A stretch of 64,000 bases of DNA from the human T2T-CHM13v2.0 reference genome, Homo sapiens, in NCBI RefSeq assembly GCF_009914755.1, contig NC_060933.1; one strand, written 5' to 3'. A program made the position numbers and the translations under genes. The number at the start of each line of letters is the position of its first letter. Position 1 is the stretch's first letter. A model generated the notes under the pieces. That model saw only the letters and a program-made list of their open reading frames with translations. It did no database searches and was not told where the DNA came from. Shown one piece after another: positions 35,088-57,498 of this stretch.

Positions 35088-36210
35088 AAATTTTTTTGCT
35101 TTCTCTTGTGAAGCAAATGAAAGAAACTATTTTACTTAAGTATGTTACACTAAGATCTGTATATCCTTTTCTAAGAATATAGACTATGATTAAGAAAATG
35201 TAGACATCTGTACAATCTATGGCCTAACGCCTCTTTGGAGTTTGAGCTGCTTTGCTGTCATGTTCCTATTAGAAAAGATGAACTCTTTTTACCTAAGAGC
35301 AAGTTAGGACTAATGTCACTGCAGGCCCAAAGTCTACCCTAAGGAAGGTAATACAAGGAGTCAGGAAACTTCTCCCCACTCAAAGAAAGTCACTTGGTTG
35401 TATCCAGAGAGCTGGGCAGTGTCAGAGCTCAAACCTTTCACTGTCCCTCCCTGATCAGGAGAGCCATACCACCTCTAAGGTCCAAAATATTTTGTTCAGT
35501 TGAAGAAACCTGCTCTGAAAATTTGTTTCACTGCCTTTTAAACAGAGAGAAATTACTTCCGATTTTGGCAGTTACTAATGCGGTTAGATTATGAAGTCAC
35601 CTGTATGCTCCACTGAGAGATGCCAGATTCCTTGGAGTTGGGCTGTTTGTAGATCCAGTAACAACAAAAAATCATTTAAATAAAAATTCACAGAAGAAAC
35701 GTGTATAACCTACATGAATAGAGAAAAAAAGCTGGAAACCAATTAAACACACAGAGAGCCTCTCCTCCAGGCTCACTGGCCTACTCGGGTCTCTTCTCAC
35801 CTGAACTAATGCAAGGGACCCTGCAGCAATCAGCCTGACTCTGTTCACGCTCACCCACCCCTATTCCCTGCCCTCTTCAACCTACTCGTCATTTTAAAAA
35901 GAAACACACACACACACTACTAAGTTTAAAAAGTGAGGTATGTAACAATGCATTTTGGAATCTAATATTAGCACAGAGATACCTGAGCGTTTAGAATGGT
36001 TGCACAGTACTCTATGAAATGACTGCACTGTATACAATTTATTCTACCTCCTATTTATGGTTGCTGTTTTTTTTTATGGTTTTGTATTATTAAGGTTTGG
36101 AAAACTCTGTGGACAATTCAGCTTGCCAAGTGTGTGAGTGGGTATACAAAAGATATACATTTTTAATTCCAAGACCTTCCAGAGAGTGTCTAGAGGAAAG
36201 GTCTAATTAA

Positions 36211-36533
<323 letters not shown>

Positions 36534-36544
36534 CTTTTACAAAA

Positions 36545-37032
36545 AATTTTAAGTTCTGAGGTACGTGTGCAGGTTTGTTATGTAAACTTGTGCCATGGGG
36601 TTTGTTGTACAGATTATTTCGCCACCCAGGTATTAAGCCTAGTACCCATTAGTTATCTTTCCTGATCCTCTCCCTCCTCCCACCCTCCACCCTCCTATGG
36701 GCCCCAGTGTGTGTTGTTCCTCTCTATGTGTCCATGAGTTCACATCATTTAGCTTCCACTTGTAAGTGAGAACATGTGGTATTTGGTTTTCTGTTCCTGA
36801 GTTAGTATGCTAAGAATAATGGCTTCCAGCTCCATCCATGTTCCAGCAAAGGGCACAATCTTGCTCTTTTTATGCCTGCATAGTATTCCATGGTGTATGT
36901 GTACCACGTCTTCTTTATCCCGTGTACTACTGATGGGCATTTAGGTTGATTCCATGTCTTTGCTACTGTGAATAGTGCTGCAGTGAACATGGCTGTGCAT
37001 GTGTCCTTATAGTAGAACTATTCCTTTGGGTA
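36545..37032 (-). mobile_element. Primate L1 (L1PA/PB) 3' fragment
   Basis: ORF-track peptides MFTAALFTVAKTWNQPKCPS and FAGTWMELEAIILS are the L1 ORF2 C-terminus and 3' region. Confidence 0.92.
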
Positions 37033-37116
37033 TTGTTTTTTTCTATTTCGCCTTTAAACAATGCAGCAATGGGCAACCTTGTACTTATACCATGTGAATT
37101 GTTTTGCCATTAAAAA

Positions 37117-38716
<1,600 letters not shown>

Positions 38717-38718
38717 TA

Positions 38719-38942
38719 TTTAAGGTTCAGAACGGTATTAACTTTGAATTTTTAGTGGTATTTAGATGGAAAGAGTGAAAATTAAAGAGCATATGTATGT
38801 CCGGTACCTATGTCAGGGGAGATAAGACGTGCAAATTAATTAGACTATAGGGAGATAAGTGCAATCATAGAAGGTATCAAGGCCCCGTACAGCAGGAGGT
38901 CATTAACTAGCTGTCCAGAGGGAATGACAGACAGGACATGAC
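38719..38942. repeat. Copy 2 of the ~220-bp local direct duplication
   Basis: Shares e.g. gtacctatgtcaggggagataagac and gaaggtatcaaggcccc(a/g)tacagcaggaggtcattaa with copy 1. Confidence 0.9.
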
Positions 38943-39133
38943 AAGTCTATCTTAATTTTAAATACTGATCATCTTTTCAAAATTGAATCTTAACTTTACA
39001 AGAACTTGGTATCTTCCTATTTACTTATAACTTTTTGCAAACCTTAAAGCATTAAAATTTTCTTCACATAGATATTATTTCTTACATCTATGTATTTCAC
39101 CTTTTTGGTTACTATTATATTTTAAATTTTTAA

Positions 39134-39280
<147 letters not shown>

Positions 39281-40038
39281 TAGGCTATTTACTTCCATCA
39301 GTTTTCTAACTAGTTTTCGTTTGCATAAGAAAACAACTAACAATTCTTGGGTATTAAGGTTAGAACCAGCTAACTTACTGAATTCTTACTATGTCTCAGT
39401 TTTTTGGTGAACGTTTTAGTTTCCACCATGTAAAAGATCACTTGCAAAAAATTTTGCCTTCTCTTTTATAATATGTGTAATTCTTTCTTCTTATTGAACT
39501 GATAAATACTTCCTGAACAAAATTAAATTATAATAAAGGATTATAATAAATTATAATTATAATCCCTATATATAATTACATATATATATAATTATAGTTC
39601 TTATATTTTTCTTGACACCTGTGGGAACTCTCCTAGGGATTATCATTAAGTTGGCTTTCGGTTTTAAACAGGAAGTTCTTGTCATCTGAGTGTTCATAAT
39701 CCAGGTCCTAGCAGTTTTCAAGTTTACACAGGGAAACAAATCATCAAGACACAGAAACGTTCACTGATCAGCTGAGTCATATATGATTTATTCCACTCAA
39801 GTATCCCTCCTCCCTATTTATCATCTACCCCTGCCCATCTGTAGGACTCTACTGTAAACATGAAGTGCAGGAGGCCTTCCTTCTGCTATCACATAATTTC
39901 ATCTCACAAATCATGCCAAAAACCCCAAGACTTCAATCTATATTCATTCTAAGAATTAGTGGAGCTGCAATTATAACTTAAGCTCCTGCCCCCAACTATT
40001 AACTATGAAATTGTGCTTCCCATTAAAAATGGATTCCA

Positions 40039-40655
<617 letters not shown>

Positions 40656-41252
40656 TGAATTTCATTTTTCTAGTCAACTGATAAGTCAAACTGAGAGAAT
40701 TTTCAAACATGGGAAGGAAATATACATTTATTATTGTTGTACTGAAGTTCAATCACCTCCACACCTTCCCACCGCCAATAACTCAAGAGTCTATCTTAAA
40801 CTTTGGTCAAATGCTTTTAGAAAGCTCCTGAGATGATCATACAAACACTGGAGACAGCCAGTGTAATATTTAAGAGTACAGCCTCTGGAACCTACTAATT
40901 ACCTACTTAAATCCTAGCTCCACCACACATGTACTGTGTGACCTTTGACAAGTCACTCTATAGCTTATTCTCTTTATAAAACGTGGCTATTAACTACCTC
41001 ATAGACTAGCTCAATTAACTGAGCTAACAACATGTAAAGTGCCCAGGACAGCAGTCTAGTGTACAGTAGGAACTCAACAAGGGCAAGCTATTTTATTATT
41101 CTTTTCTATCTTTTCTGACTTATTCATTTGGTGTATTATGTTAGCATATTTCTTGGTGATTACTCACTCTTGCAATATGTGGATAAATGCTACTTGGCCG
41201 TGGTGAAATATTCTTTCATCATACTGCTAACTTCCATTTACTAATATTTTAA

Positions 41253-43377
<2,125 letters not shown>

Positions 43378-45459
43378 TTATTTTCTTGTAATTCTTAAGT
43401 GAGACAACTATTTTTATCCTTTATTTCATAACTTGACTGTTTAAGGCTGTGTACTTTTCTTTGAGCAAAACTCTTATTACTATTTAAGAGAGTTGGCATT
43501 TTGTCTTAACTATGCTTGCTAGTAAGTGTCCCAAAATCTTCAGTGAGTCTAGTGTTGTTATTCACAGTAAAAATAAGATTAAAGGGAAAAAAAAGGTTCC
43601 AGAATATCATCTGTTCCCTCTCTCCTCTCCCTTTCTTAATGTACAGAGTTTTGGGGCTTAATATGATTAACTTCAAGATATGTTCTAGACACTGAAGTCT
43701 GTTAGGGTATTGAGTTTGATAATTATTAGTTCTACTACATCCTTACTTTTTACTGATTCAGCTGATAGGTATGAGTTAAAAACTCTTATTAGTACACTTA
43801 CAAGCTAAGATTAATCAATATTTGAAGTCCTAAAACTTAGTCTAGAAATGCTTGATACCTATGTAATGCTTTGCACTTCTTCAGTTTCAGAATTAAACAA
43901 TGTTAAATCAACAAGAATATTTAGATTAATGTACATGATTACATGATATTGTGACAATTTATGAATGTCAAAACCATTTTATTTTTACATACGGAGCACA
44001 CAAAATATTTTAAATTCTAAAGTCACCACCTACAAGCTGTTTACACATGCTCCTTGACAGTACAAGCCAAGTTATTTGTGTACTTGAACAACAATAAAAA
44101 TTTTGTCCATGTTCACTTTTACTGGAATGTTACTTGTATTACTTTCTGAAATTTTGCAAATAAAGGTTAGTTTATTTATGACTCTGTGTGAGAATGGGGA
44201 CTGTTATTAAACAAGCAGAAAACTACAGCTAACAGAAGTTAACCATTTATTGACCACCATATCCAACTATTTTAAGAACATTACTGTACATTGAGATTCT
44301 CAGATTTAAAAAATAGGCCTAGATGGGGGAAAAAATGTTATGAAACCCTCCTGGACTTTACAGATTTAAAGCTTTTTCTCTAGTTTAATCCTACACACCA
44401 GGATGGTGTGAATATGTTCTTAATTTAGCAATAGAAGGATAATGTGCACAGCATTATTTGGTAGTACAGTTTAGACTTTTGCATGTTTACCTATACTGTG
44501 AACATGGTTAAATTTCTTTGCTAAACTGATCTTTATATTTTTATTCATTAATGTGGATAATTCTTTGCAATTTATTGCAAAATTTATTTACCATAACTTT
44601 ACGCTTGTTTGCTACGTAAAACTATCTCATCATAAGGGAGCAGTTAATGAACTTGATTTTCAAGCAACTACAAGTGTCAAGCTTCTGTGACTAAGAAAAC
44701 AGTGTAAAGTCTAAAACCTTATTATAATTTACAGCCTACATGGATCAGCATGATACAGATATGATCCTAGCACAAAGGTCTCTGCAAAAACTGGGGAGAG
44801 GGTGACTCCAATTCTCAAAGGATGTGAATTTCCACTAGTCAGCAGGTCTGAGTCAGCATTCAGAACAAGATCAGCCTGGGTCTAGTCCTAGTTACGACAC
44901 TAGCTTGCCAATATAAAGACAAAGCAATATCTGATTTTAAAATCCACTGATCTGAGTTTGCTTTCATTTACCAAACGAGAGATCAGATGAGTCAACTCCT
45001 AGCTTGTTTTCCCCTGAGATGCGCTAAGGGTGATTCCAGTTCCAAAGCGGTAACCTGTGCTCTAAACCACTATGGGACCTCAAGAGTCCTAGCACCTTTT
45101 GATCCTATGGAATCCTTTCAAAGCACGGGCAGAGGCGGCTCAAAATGGCAAGGTCACTATACATTTCAAGGGCTTCTGTTTCAGAGATTACAAGTAGAGA
45201 AAAACAGAAGGTGGGAATTAAGATCAGCTAGGTAGAGCTGTGAGATGCAAAACAAAGGTTTTGCAGGAAGTTGAGGTGCTGACATACTCCATCTAGCTAA
45301 ACTGAACACCAAATAATGGATGGAGACTAACACCACCAACACCATCGTCCCCGAAAATCCTTGTACAAGTGAGCTTCCTACAACGCGATGCAATATGCTG
45401 TCGCAGAACAAGCACTGCCAGGCTATGTAGCTGAACTTACCGTTCTCCAGGCGTCCATT

Positions 45460-47100
45460 TCCCCAACCTGTGAAAGGCGGGGAGGGGGTTGGACAAGATC
45501 ACTAAGTCCTCTTCCGTTTCTGACACTTCACAGTCAGGGGTCCCGAGGTGAGGCCGAAATCCCAGTCTCCCGGGACGCAGAGGCCCTTGCGCGGTGCCAT
45601 CCCCGCTGTCCCCCGGGCGCAGGCAGCTCCCGGCTCCTCCCCGCCCCTGCGGTTCCTGTGCACCAGGGAGGTGCCTCCCCAGCCCAGGGCGCGCCCGAAT
45701 GAAGGGACAGCGCCTTCGCGGGAAAGGTCGCCCAGCAGCCGGACAAACACCCGCGGCAGGCGGGGGAGCCCGGAGCCGAGGAGGCTCAGAACTGATTCCG
45801 CCCGCGCCGCCTGGGTGGGGCCCGCAGGGACCGGGCCAGGGCAGCCGGAGCGCGCAGAAGACAGGGATGGGCCCCCAGGGCGGCAGCCTGCCCCAGCGGG
45901 CCCTTCAGCGCGTTTCCCCTCCCTCCAACCTCATGCGAAGAAAGCCCGGTGCTTCCCCACGCTCGTCCCACACTCACCCATCAGCGCCGGCGTCCCGCAG
46001 GACGGCTAGCGAGCCGGGGCCCGCGCAGGCGCAGACTGTGACCGACCCCGAGGTTGGGGCGCAGCGCGACGCGCTGGGCGCTGTTGGGGTCACGTGAGGG
46101 AGACACCGCCCCGCCCCGCCTCCCCTCCCTCGGCCCGCGGCCCGCCAGATGTCGCCAGCCTACTTCTCCTGGCCGCAGGCCGCCGCGGCGGGGCAGGTAG
46201 AGGGCCACGCCAGCACACCTGTCAGGATGCGGGCTCCGCTAGCCACCATGCTTCACCCTTGATGCCGTACGGTGGCCTCAGCGTGCCAGAAACAGCCAAC
46301 GCGTTCTCTAGCGCGCTGCCTGCAGGGGGCGTCTGGGCATTGTCGGTTTTAGGGGCCTTGTCGGTTCTGCGGGGCGAGCGCCTTCGCGGAAAACTCCAAA
46401 GTACCCTCTGTGGAGCCTTGTTGAGTATCTTCAAACCTTCAGAGGGACCTTTTATCAGCGACCCATGCCGCAGTTTACAGAAGAACGCTTTGTGCGTGCT
46501 TTGGGACGTATGGATCACTTTTAAACTTTTTCCTTTGAAGCTCAGACAGCTTGCGGGGGGCTTGGGAGGAGCGCTGCCCGGGGAGTTAGAAGGCTTGGGT
46601 CAAAGTCATAGCCCTCATACTTCTTGAGAGTGACCTTGGGTGAGTCGCTGGACCCTGAGCCCCAAATCTCCGTCTGAAAAGTAACCCATGCCTTGTATGC
46701 GTCCTCGGGCTGTTGCAGGAGTCTTTGGAAATGATGGTTCTGACTCTTGAGTTGGAAACTGGAACGCACACAACAGATGGGAGGCGTTGAAGGAAACAGA
46801 AAGGTCGGCCTGAGGGGAGAGGCGTTTCAGGAGGCTTGCGGATGTGTGAAGTGTGCGCACTGTGCTTGGGGCGAGCCCAAGCAGTAACCCCACCCGAGTG
46901 AAGCGTTCTTGGGGGGATCGGCTCCGGGTGGGCGACGTTCCCCGCGTGCCCCCTTCCCCCGAGAGCACTTTGTAGACACTGACTCCAAAAGCGGGTCTGG
47001 TCTCTGCCCAGCCCCACTTTGGCTGGCGTGCTTAGGTGCCTCTCGGGAAGCTGGAGACCACCCTCCCCCATTCCAGCAAACGCTCCATTGAGGAACCTAC
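45460..47100. promoter_or_regulatory. CpG island promoter of SLC25A51
   Basis: High GC and CpG density. GC boxes at 46107-46122, E-box GTCACGTG at 46089-46096, NRF1-like GCGCAGGCGCA at 46023-46033, CTCF-like CCTGCAGGGGGCGT at 46319-46332. Confidence 0.9.
45978..46260 (-). other. SLC25A51: SLC25A51 exon 1 (non-coding); TSS position approximate
   Basis: Strong donor ATGG|gtgagt at 45978/45977 inside the CpG island. Confidence 0.75.
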
Positions 47101-49219
47101 TGCGTGCCAGGTCCTGGGGAGCTTAGCGTCTGATGAAGGATACAACAACAAAAGACTGGAAATTCAGAAGCATGAGGGGACCTCCCCCCTCGAGGGAGAA
47201 CCAGAGATGGCTTCACAGAGCAGACGTTTGAACTGGGCCTTGGAGGATGGATGAGTGGAATTTGGCCCAGTGGAGAAAGTCATAGCAGCAGGAGATAAGA
47301 TTGTAAGGGTCAGGTGGTGGGGCTGGATAATGCGAATCTTGACTGTCAGACACAGACACCTGCCATCTAATTAGTACGCGAGGGATAAATTTTGGACTCC
47401 GCAGGATAAGGACAAGGCTACACAATGGCTTAGAACAGTTAATCGGGCAACAGTTGGAAAGGGCCTTTGCCTCAAAATTATGTTTGCCCTGTCTTGTGTG
47501 AATGCCTATTCAGATGCATTATTTGAAAAATAAATAAACCAGGCAGGCATCCAGCGTGTTCATAAGCATAAATAATTAATTTCAGATTAGAATGGAGAGG
47601 TTATTCTCCTGCGGTAAAACCTGAACAAGAAGGAAAAGACTGAAATTAAACACACAATTGGGGCACACCAGACTCAGAAAATCCCAGGCTAACGGGAAAA
47701 CTGAGGTCTGGAGCTGAGCCCAGTCTGCTTCTTTTATGCTGCTGCAGGCCACAGCACAGTCCTCTGCCCCTCCAGCTCTTAGTTCCTTGTCAGAAACCCC
47801 CAGGCCCTTCATTGGCTCTTCTTGGGCATATGAATGTTGGGGATGAAAACCCTCTATTTTTGGATACCAGATCCATCTTAAAGTTAGCCCTTCATTTCTG
47901 TCCTCATCCACCCATTCCTGCATTCCATACCTCCAACCACTAGGTCAGCTGCCAGATATCCTCCAACCCAGCTGTGATCATGTCATCCCGCAGCTTAAAA
48001 ATCTCCAATGGTTCCCCCTTGGTTCCCTCTTGGTTCCCCCAGTAAATCCAAACTCCTTAACTCGGTGCACGGGGCTGTCCTGTCCTGGCCCTTTTGCCAG
48101 TCTGTCCACCTCAACCCCAACTATATTCTGTGCTTTAGCCATATGCAGTCTCAGTGTTTTGCAAATCCTGTGTTCCTTAAGCCTGTTTCCCCCTTTCACC
48201 ACTGATACATGTTAGCCCTTCACCAAATAGCCCTTCAAGGTCCTTTTGCCTCCTCTCCCTCCTAGAAGGCTTCCCTGATCATCTCAGGCAAAATTGACTG
48301 TCCTTGCCCCTGCCTTCCCATGCCCCAAAGTTTGGGGCGCTTCTGACATCCTGTCCTATGTTGTAGTCACTCATGACAGTGTGATCTTTCCCACCGCCAG
48401 CTCATGAGGGCAGAGCTGTCTGGCTTTTTCCTGGCTCTCCAACTCAGTGCTTGGCAAAAAGGGCGCCTAGGAGATGTTTGCCGAAATGAAATGCGGGTGG
48501 AGAGCAGAGCTGTTGGAAGGCAGGGCCTGGGTTCCTGGGGGAAAGGGCCATAAGAAGGTTGCTGGTGGATCTTTGCTTAATCACCCTCCACTCCTCCCCT
48601 CAAAAAATGCTTTCTAGAAGGTTGTCTGGTGCCCTCAGACTTCATTGGCTCTTAGGTGCACGAAAACAGCCTTACGCAAGCTGTCAGTGGAGTATCAGCT
48701 ACTGTGAGTGACTATCTCTGCCACTCCCCTTCACACCCCCAGTACCAAATGGCCAAGGGCCAGCCAGCCCCTTGGTGTTCCCTTCCCTGAACTTGCTGCA
48801 TTCTTTTCACGTCCCCCAACGCTTGGGTATTTTTTGTCCTCTGTGCCTAAAAGGTCTTGCTTGCTTCATAACAATGTCCTGTTCCTCCTGCATGGCTCAG
48901 TTCAGAGGCTTCTGGTCACTGCTGCCCCATCTGAACTCACTACGTCCTGCTGCAGAGCCCCTCAGTGCTGTCAGCCCCACCCTCCCTTGCCCCCACCTCA
49001 GGTCCTTGCAGTCTGTCCCCATGGCTGGTCTGTGAACTCCAGGACCTTCTCCCTTTCTGCTTCATTCATGTCCAAACCTGCTCTGATCCAGCAACTCACG
49101 TGCATCTGTATTAATAACATATAACAGAGACCCAGGGTTTACCCTGCCAGCCTGGGAGATTGTTTGTTCTCTTCAGTTTATTCATTCATTCATTTTAATG
49201 GTGGTGGGGCCCCACTGAA

Positions 49220-50228
<1,009 letters not shown>

Positions 50229-51581
50229 TTAAATTGACATCCTGACCCATTATAGTGACCTGTGGTTTGAAACACAGGGTCCTACAGGGCTCAGGAATGT
50301 GTAAGTGAATGAGCCTGTAGCTCAGAGGGGAAACAGTCCTAAGGAAAATTATCAGCATTGCTTGAGAGCCGCACATACCAAGTGCTCTGAGTGTTGATAG
50401 GAGAGGGAAGTTGTACCAGCTGCAATCAGGGAAGGCTACTTGGGAAAGGTGATCTGTAAAGGAAAGCTAGGATTCAAATAAGGTGGGTTCCAGAAAAAAC
50501 ATGGGATGAGAAAAAGCGTATAAGAAGGAAGACACCAGGTGGCTTTTTCCCTATCATCATTTCGGTACCCCGGCTTTTTCTCCCAGCACACCAGCAGGCA
50601 AAGTTTATGCCCCCTGATAAGTCCCAGAGCTCAGAAAGATTGGTGACCTCTGGGTAAGGTCAGGGACACCTTACTTGTTGTCTGAGTGACACATACTTGT
50701 GAAATACAAATACATTTTTACCTACCAAGGGCCAAGTCAATGAAACAAGAAGCAGTTGCACAATACTGTGTGGGTTTCCCAAGCAGCCACACGATATGTC
50801 ATTTCCTCAGATTTTCACATACTTTGTGTCCTCAAAGAAGTCCCATGACCTATCTGAGCTATGTACCCAGTAAGAGGTGAGGCTGGGACTCTGCCACTCC
50901 TATTGTTTTGGGGGATGGAGCTAGCCACAAATGCGCAGTGTGATAGTTGATGCTTTCCTTTTTCCTGGCACTTGTTCAAAGGCCCAGATGGATGGTGAGC
51001 TGCAGGGCGGTGGGCAGCCTGGCCTTGACCCCAGGGGAGTATCTCCTGAGCTCCCTCATCATAAGACACCCATGGGGAACTTGTGAAAAATATCGGCTTC
51101 CAGGGCTGACCCAAGACCTCCTGAATAAAAATCTCCAAGCAGAGGTCCTAGGAATTTGTATTTTTATAAGAACCATGTGTAAACCTTAGGTGAGGCTAGT
51201 TGGGAAACACTGAACTCAATGTAGCATGCTGCAAGGTCAGAATACTTGGGTTTGCATCCTTGATCCACCACTTCCTAGTGATGTCACTGGATAGCCCCAC
51301 ACCAGCCTCAATATCTCCATCTACAGGATGAGGGTCCTTCCTGGTGACCATGTTCCAAGACCCTGAGGGAGGTTCCCCATGATGGCAGATCCAGTGCGAT
51401 GGAAGCTCATCCTCCTTCCGGTATAGAGGGGGCAGTGGTGCTCAGGGACACAAAATGCCACCCTTCTCTCTTGTCCTTGGGGCAGAAGGGACCATGCAAT
51501 TTCTCTCTAGATCCCATTCACCTCTGGGCTATGACCTCCCCCTGGGCCTCCACCACTGAATCCAACTTCTGCTTTTCCTAG

Positions 51582-52953
<1,372 letters not shown>

Positions 52954-54039
52954 TAAATAACAGAGAAAGATGGGATGTTAGAGGATGCTGAGAAAGGGGA
53001 TGGAGAGAACTCTGTGAGCACTGCTCTGGGACGTCCAGCTGGAGAGGAAGAAGATCTTAAGAGCTGTGGTCTCAACTTCAGGAGATGTCCAGTGAGGCTG
53101 GAGCATTTTTTATTTATAAAATAGACTCCACTTCTTGCCTCCCACAGGAAGCCTTTCTGGCACCCTAGACCCTCTTTGCTTTGAAATCCTGTGGCTACAC
53201 TGGCCTCTGCCATCACACTTTGTTCTCATCCTAGCTGACCTCTGAAGGTTGATGACGCTAAGCCTTGCTAAGGGCAGTCATTCAACACCGCGTGTAATCT
53301 TTGCAGCAACCCTGTGAGGCTGCTGGTTTTGTGTTACTTTGCAGCAGAGGAAGCGGAAGCTTTTGCAGTTTGCCCAGGTCACACAGCTGGAAAGGGACGG
53401 AATTAGACTAAGTTCCCCCTGGGTGATGGCTGTTTCTCTGCTCACCTGCGTCCTGGACCTGAGGAGGGCAGGGCTCCTTCTGAGCTTCTCTGGGTTTCCC
53501 CAGCCCCAGCTCCAGCCCCTGACCCTGGCTCTCTCACAGGGGCAGAGGGAGGGTCTACTGAATGGGAGGTAAGGGGCTTGCCCTTGGGGTAAAAGGACAA
53601 CTGTTCCGGCTTGCTGGGACCATCCTGGTGTTAGCCCTCAGAGTCCTGCACCCTGAAAAGCTTCTCTTATAGGGACAACTACTCACCCTACATGCAGAGC
53701 CCAGTCTCCTGTCCAACCCCATGGGTAGCCTGAATTCATGCTGTCCCTGAAGAGAAAAGCTACTTACAGTGTGCCTCATGTTTTAGGCAAGGTCCAAGTT
53801 GCTAAAAGTCTTTAAAGGTAACAGGACAGCTTTTCTGTGGGGGCACTCCCGGACACAGCAGTGGAAGAGGAACTGACGCATCTCTGGAGGACAGGAAGTC
53901 TTGAAGATGTACCTAACCTTTGACCTCATAATGCCCCGTCTATTAATTTCTCCTTACAAAAAAACCAGAAATATGGATAAAGATTTCTGAACAATTCCCT
54001 GCAGAGCTGGTTATACAAAAATTTGAATAAGTTAAATTA

Positions 54040-55245
<1,206 letters not shown>

Positions 55246-57164
55246 CACAAAGTACACATTAATTTTATAATTGGAAGTCAGTAACTTTGAAATAATATTG
55301 CATAAAATTGTTCCGTACTGAGCCCTTCTGATTCGGCCTGACCTCCCTTCCCAGTGGGCATGAATGGGCTTGACTTTAGAGTACACTGCAGTGGGAAAAG
55401 CTTGGATCGGGAGTCAGAGGGAGCCTCCCAGCTCTTGCTGAAGTTGTTTCCTTTGCCTAGGATGCCCGTACTCCCTGCGTGTTGAGGCCTGGCTCAGATG
55501 CCACTTCTACTGTCTCTTCTGCTGGAGCACCCATCATTCATCACTCCGCACTGCCTGCCGTTTATCTGTTTACATGCCTTCCTCTTCCTTCTCTGGGCCT
55601 GCAGAAGTTCTCCTTCTGTAACTGACAGGGTGACTTGGAGGTGGCATTTCTGCTCCCTGGGACTGGCTGCAATACTAAAGAAAACCACACGAGGGCACTA
55701 GAGCCACACTGGTGGCTTCCTGCCATCCTGGTCAGATCACAGCTTAGGAAACTGTCCCCCAAGCCAGAGATGACACCAGTCACTACAGGCCTGGGATGCT
55801 CCCACTTGGGGGAGCCAATGAGGAAAGAAATGGCTCATCAACTCTGAGAAGAATCCCCCAGCCCTACCCTAGTCTTCCCAGAGCTGCACTGGCCAAGGCG
55901 ACCCTTGGAGCTGGTCGCCCTCAAGCACCCCAAGGCATGTGGAGAGGGACTTGCTGTGTGGCCTTGAGCATGCCTCTGTCCCTGTCTGGGCCTCCATTTC
56001 TGGCCCGCCTTGCTGGCTCTCTGTGCAGGGATGAAGGCATCTGGCGACCCACCGCTTCCTGTGGACTCTGATGAGGAAGGGGTTTCTTGTGCTCAGTCTC
56101 CTGCTCCTGGTCACCAGCTTGCCCTGTCTGTTTCATGCTCAATGTGTGTTAAATTGAACTGAAAGAGAAATACCCGCCACCACCGCCACCCACCACCACG
56201 CAGAACACATTCTAGAGGTGACCTTTCCTCCCTCCCTTCAGGAAATTCCCGGTGGCAGAGCACTGGCATTGCCTGTGGCCCCTTGGTCCTGACCAAGCTC
56301 AGGAATGTTTTCTGTCACCAGGACCCTGTGCCAGGGCTTTGCCCTCCCCGAGCACAGGCGTTCCCCGGGTGTGTGTGTGTGCACGTGCATGTGTATGCTG
56401 GGGCATGGGGGTGTTGGTGTCAATGCTCTGAGGGAGCCTGACAGTTGGAGGTGTGGATTCTGGGACACTGGGATGTATCGGGGAGGTGGGGGAGAGGGGA
56501 AGAGGTGAACCAAAGCCCTGGAGTCCTGGAGAGTCGGGGAGGAAGGGGGCCAGCTGGGGAGACAGACAGCCACATTCTTGAAAAGGAGAAGGGAGGGAGG
56601 AGTGGCAACTAAGTTCCTGCGGAGGCGGGGGCGGGGGTTGGGGGGGTCGAGGAATCACTCCAGAGCAGGCCCCCAACATGCTGGGGAATGCTGTGCCCCT
56701 TCAGGTGTAGGTGAGGAGGGGCTTGGGCGCAGACCTTCCAGGTGGACCTGGGCTGCCTAATGCTGTCATCATGGCGATGGTGGCAGGCAAACAATGGCAG
56801 ATTTTGTGCCAAGACTCGTGTCCTGCCCTTCTCTCCTTAAGAATTCAGCTCCTCTAGGAAACAGGTGGCCAGCATCTCCCCATCTTTGGGGAGACCCTCC
56901 CTGCCCTGCCCTGTTCATTTGCCTCTGCGGAATGAGGCCTCTGGAGTCCCAGGAGTCTGGCCACCTCCCACCAGGGCAGGCTGCACCACATTAGGCTCTG
57001 ATGGACTCACCCTGATGATTCTACCACCTGTTATCTCTGCATAGACCATCCAGCCCGCCAGGATCTCTGCTGAACTCCTACCATCCCCCAAGGCCCAACT
57101 TTCCCTGACCGCTGCAAGCAGATTCAATTCCCTCTCATCTGGGATCCCACAGCTCCTTGGGTTG

Positions 57165-57280
57165 TTTTTACACACTGGAAACTTCTTGAGGGCAGGGGCT
57201 GAGTCCCATTCACCACTGTATCCACCAGACCTGAGGACCAGTAGGTACTCACTGAATGTCTGCTGAACGAATTCATTTAT
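57165..57280 (+). mobile_element. L2 3' end fragment
   Basis: cttgagggcagggg...gtaggtactcactgaatgtctgctgaacgaat. Confidence 0.65.
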
Positions 57281-57498
57281 TTCCATTGAGCTCATTAGGC
57301 CTCTCTCTTCCTCATAATTAGGAAGCAGAAAGGTTGCTTTTTCCTTTAACAATCCACCTTTGGAAGCTGATGGCAAGAGCTCAGCTTTTGCAAGCAGAAG
57401 GCAGTCCAGCTAGATTCCTGGGGCACATGACTGCATTAAAAAACAAACAAACAAAAATCATGCATGCTCAAGGAGGTGCATTTAAAGGAGACACTGTG

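Noticed and set aside
39525-39600. AT-rich inverted repeat (ggattataat...attataatcc)
   Set aside because: Short, low-complexity slippage product in decayed L1-like sequence, with no other support.
46242-46262. Near-perfect Kozak GCCACCATG on the + strand
   Set aside because: It opens only MLHP* and I see no other support for a plus-strand gene.
45388-47254. Long overlapping ORFs (153-177 aa) across the CpG island
   Set aside because: Expected from stop-codon scarcity in GC-rich DNA; mostly non-ATG starts, low complexity, no recognisable domain.
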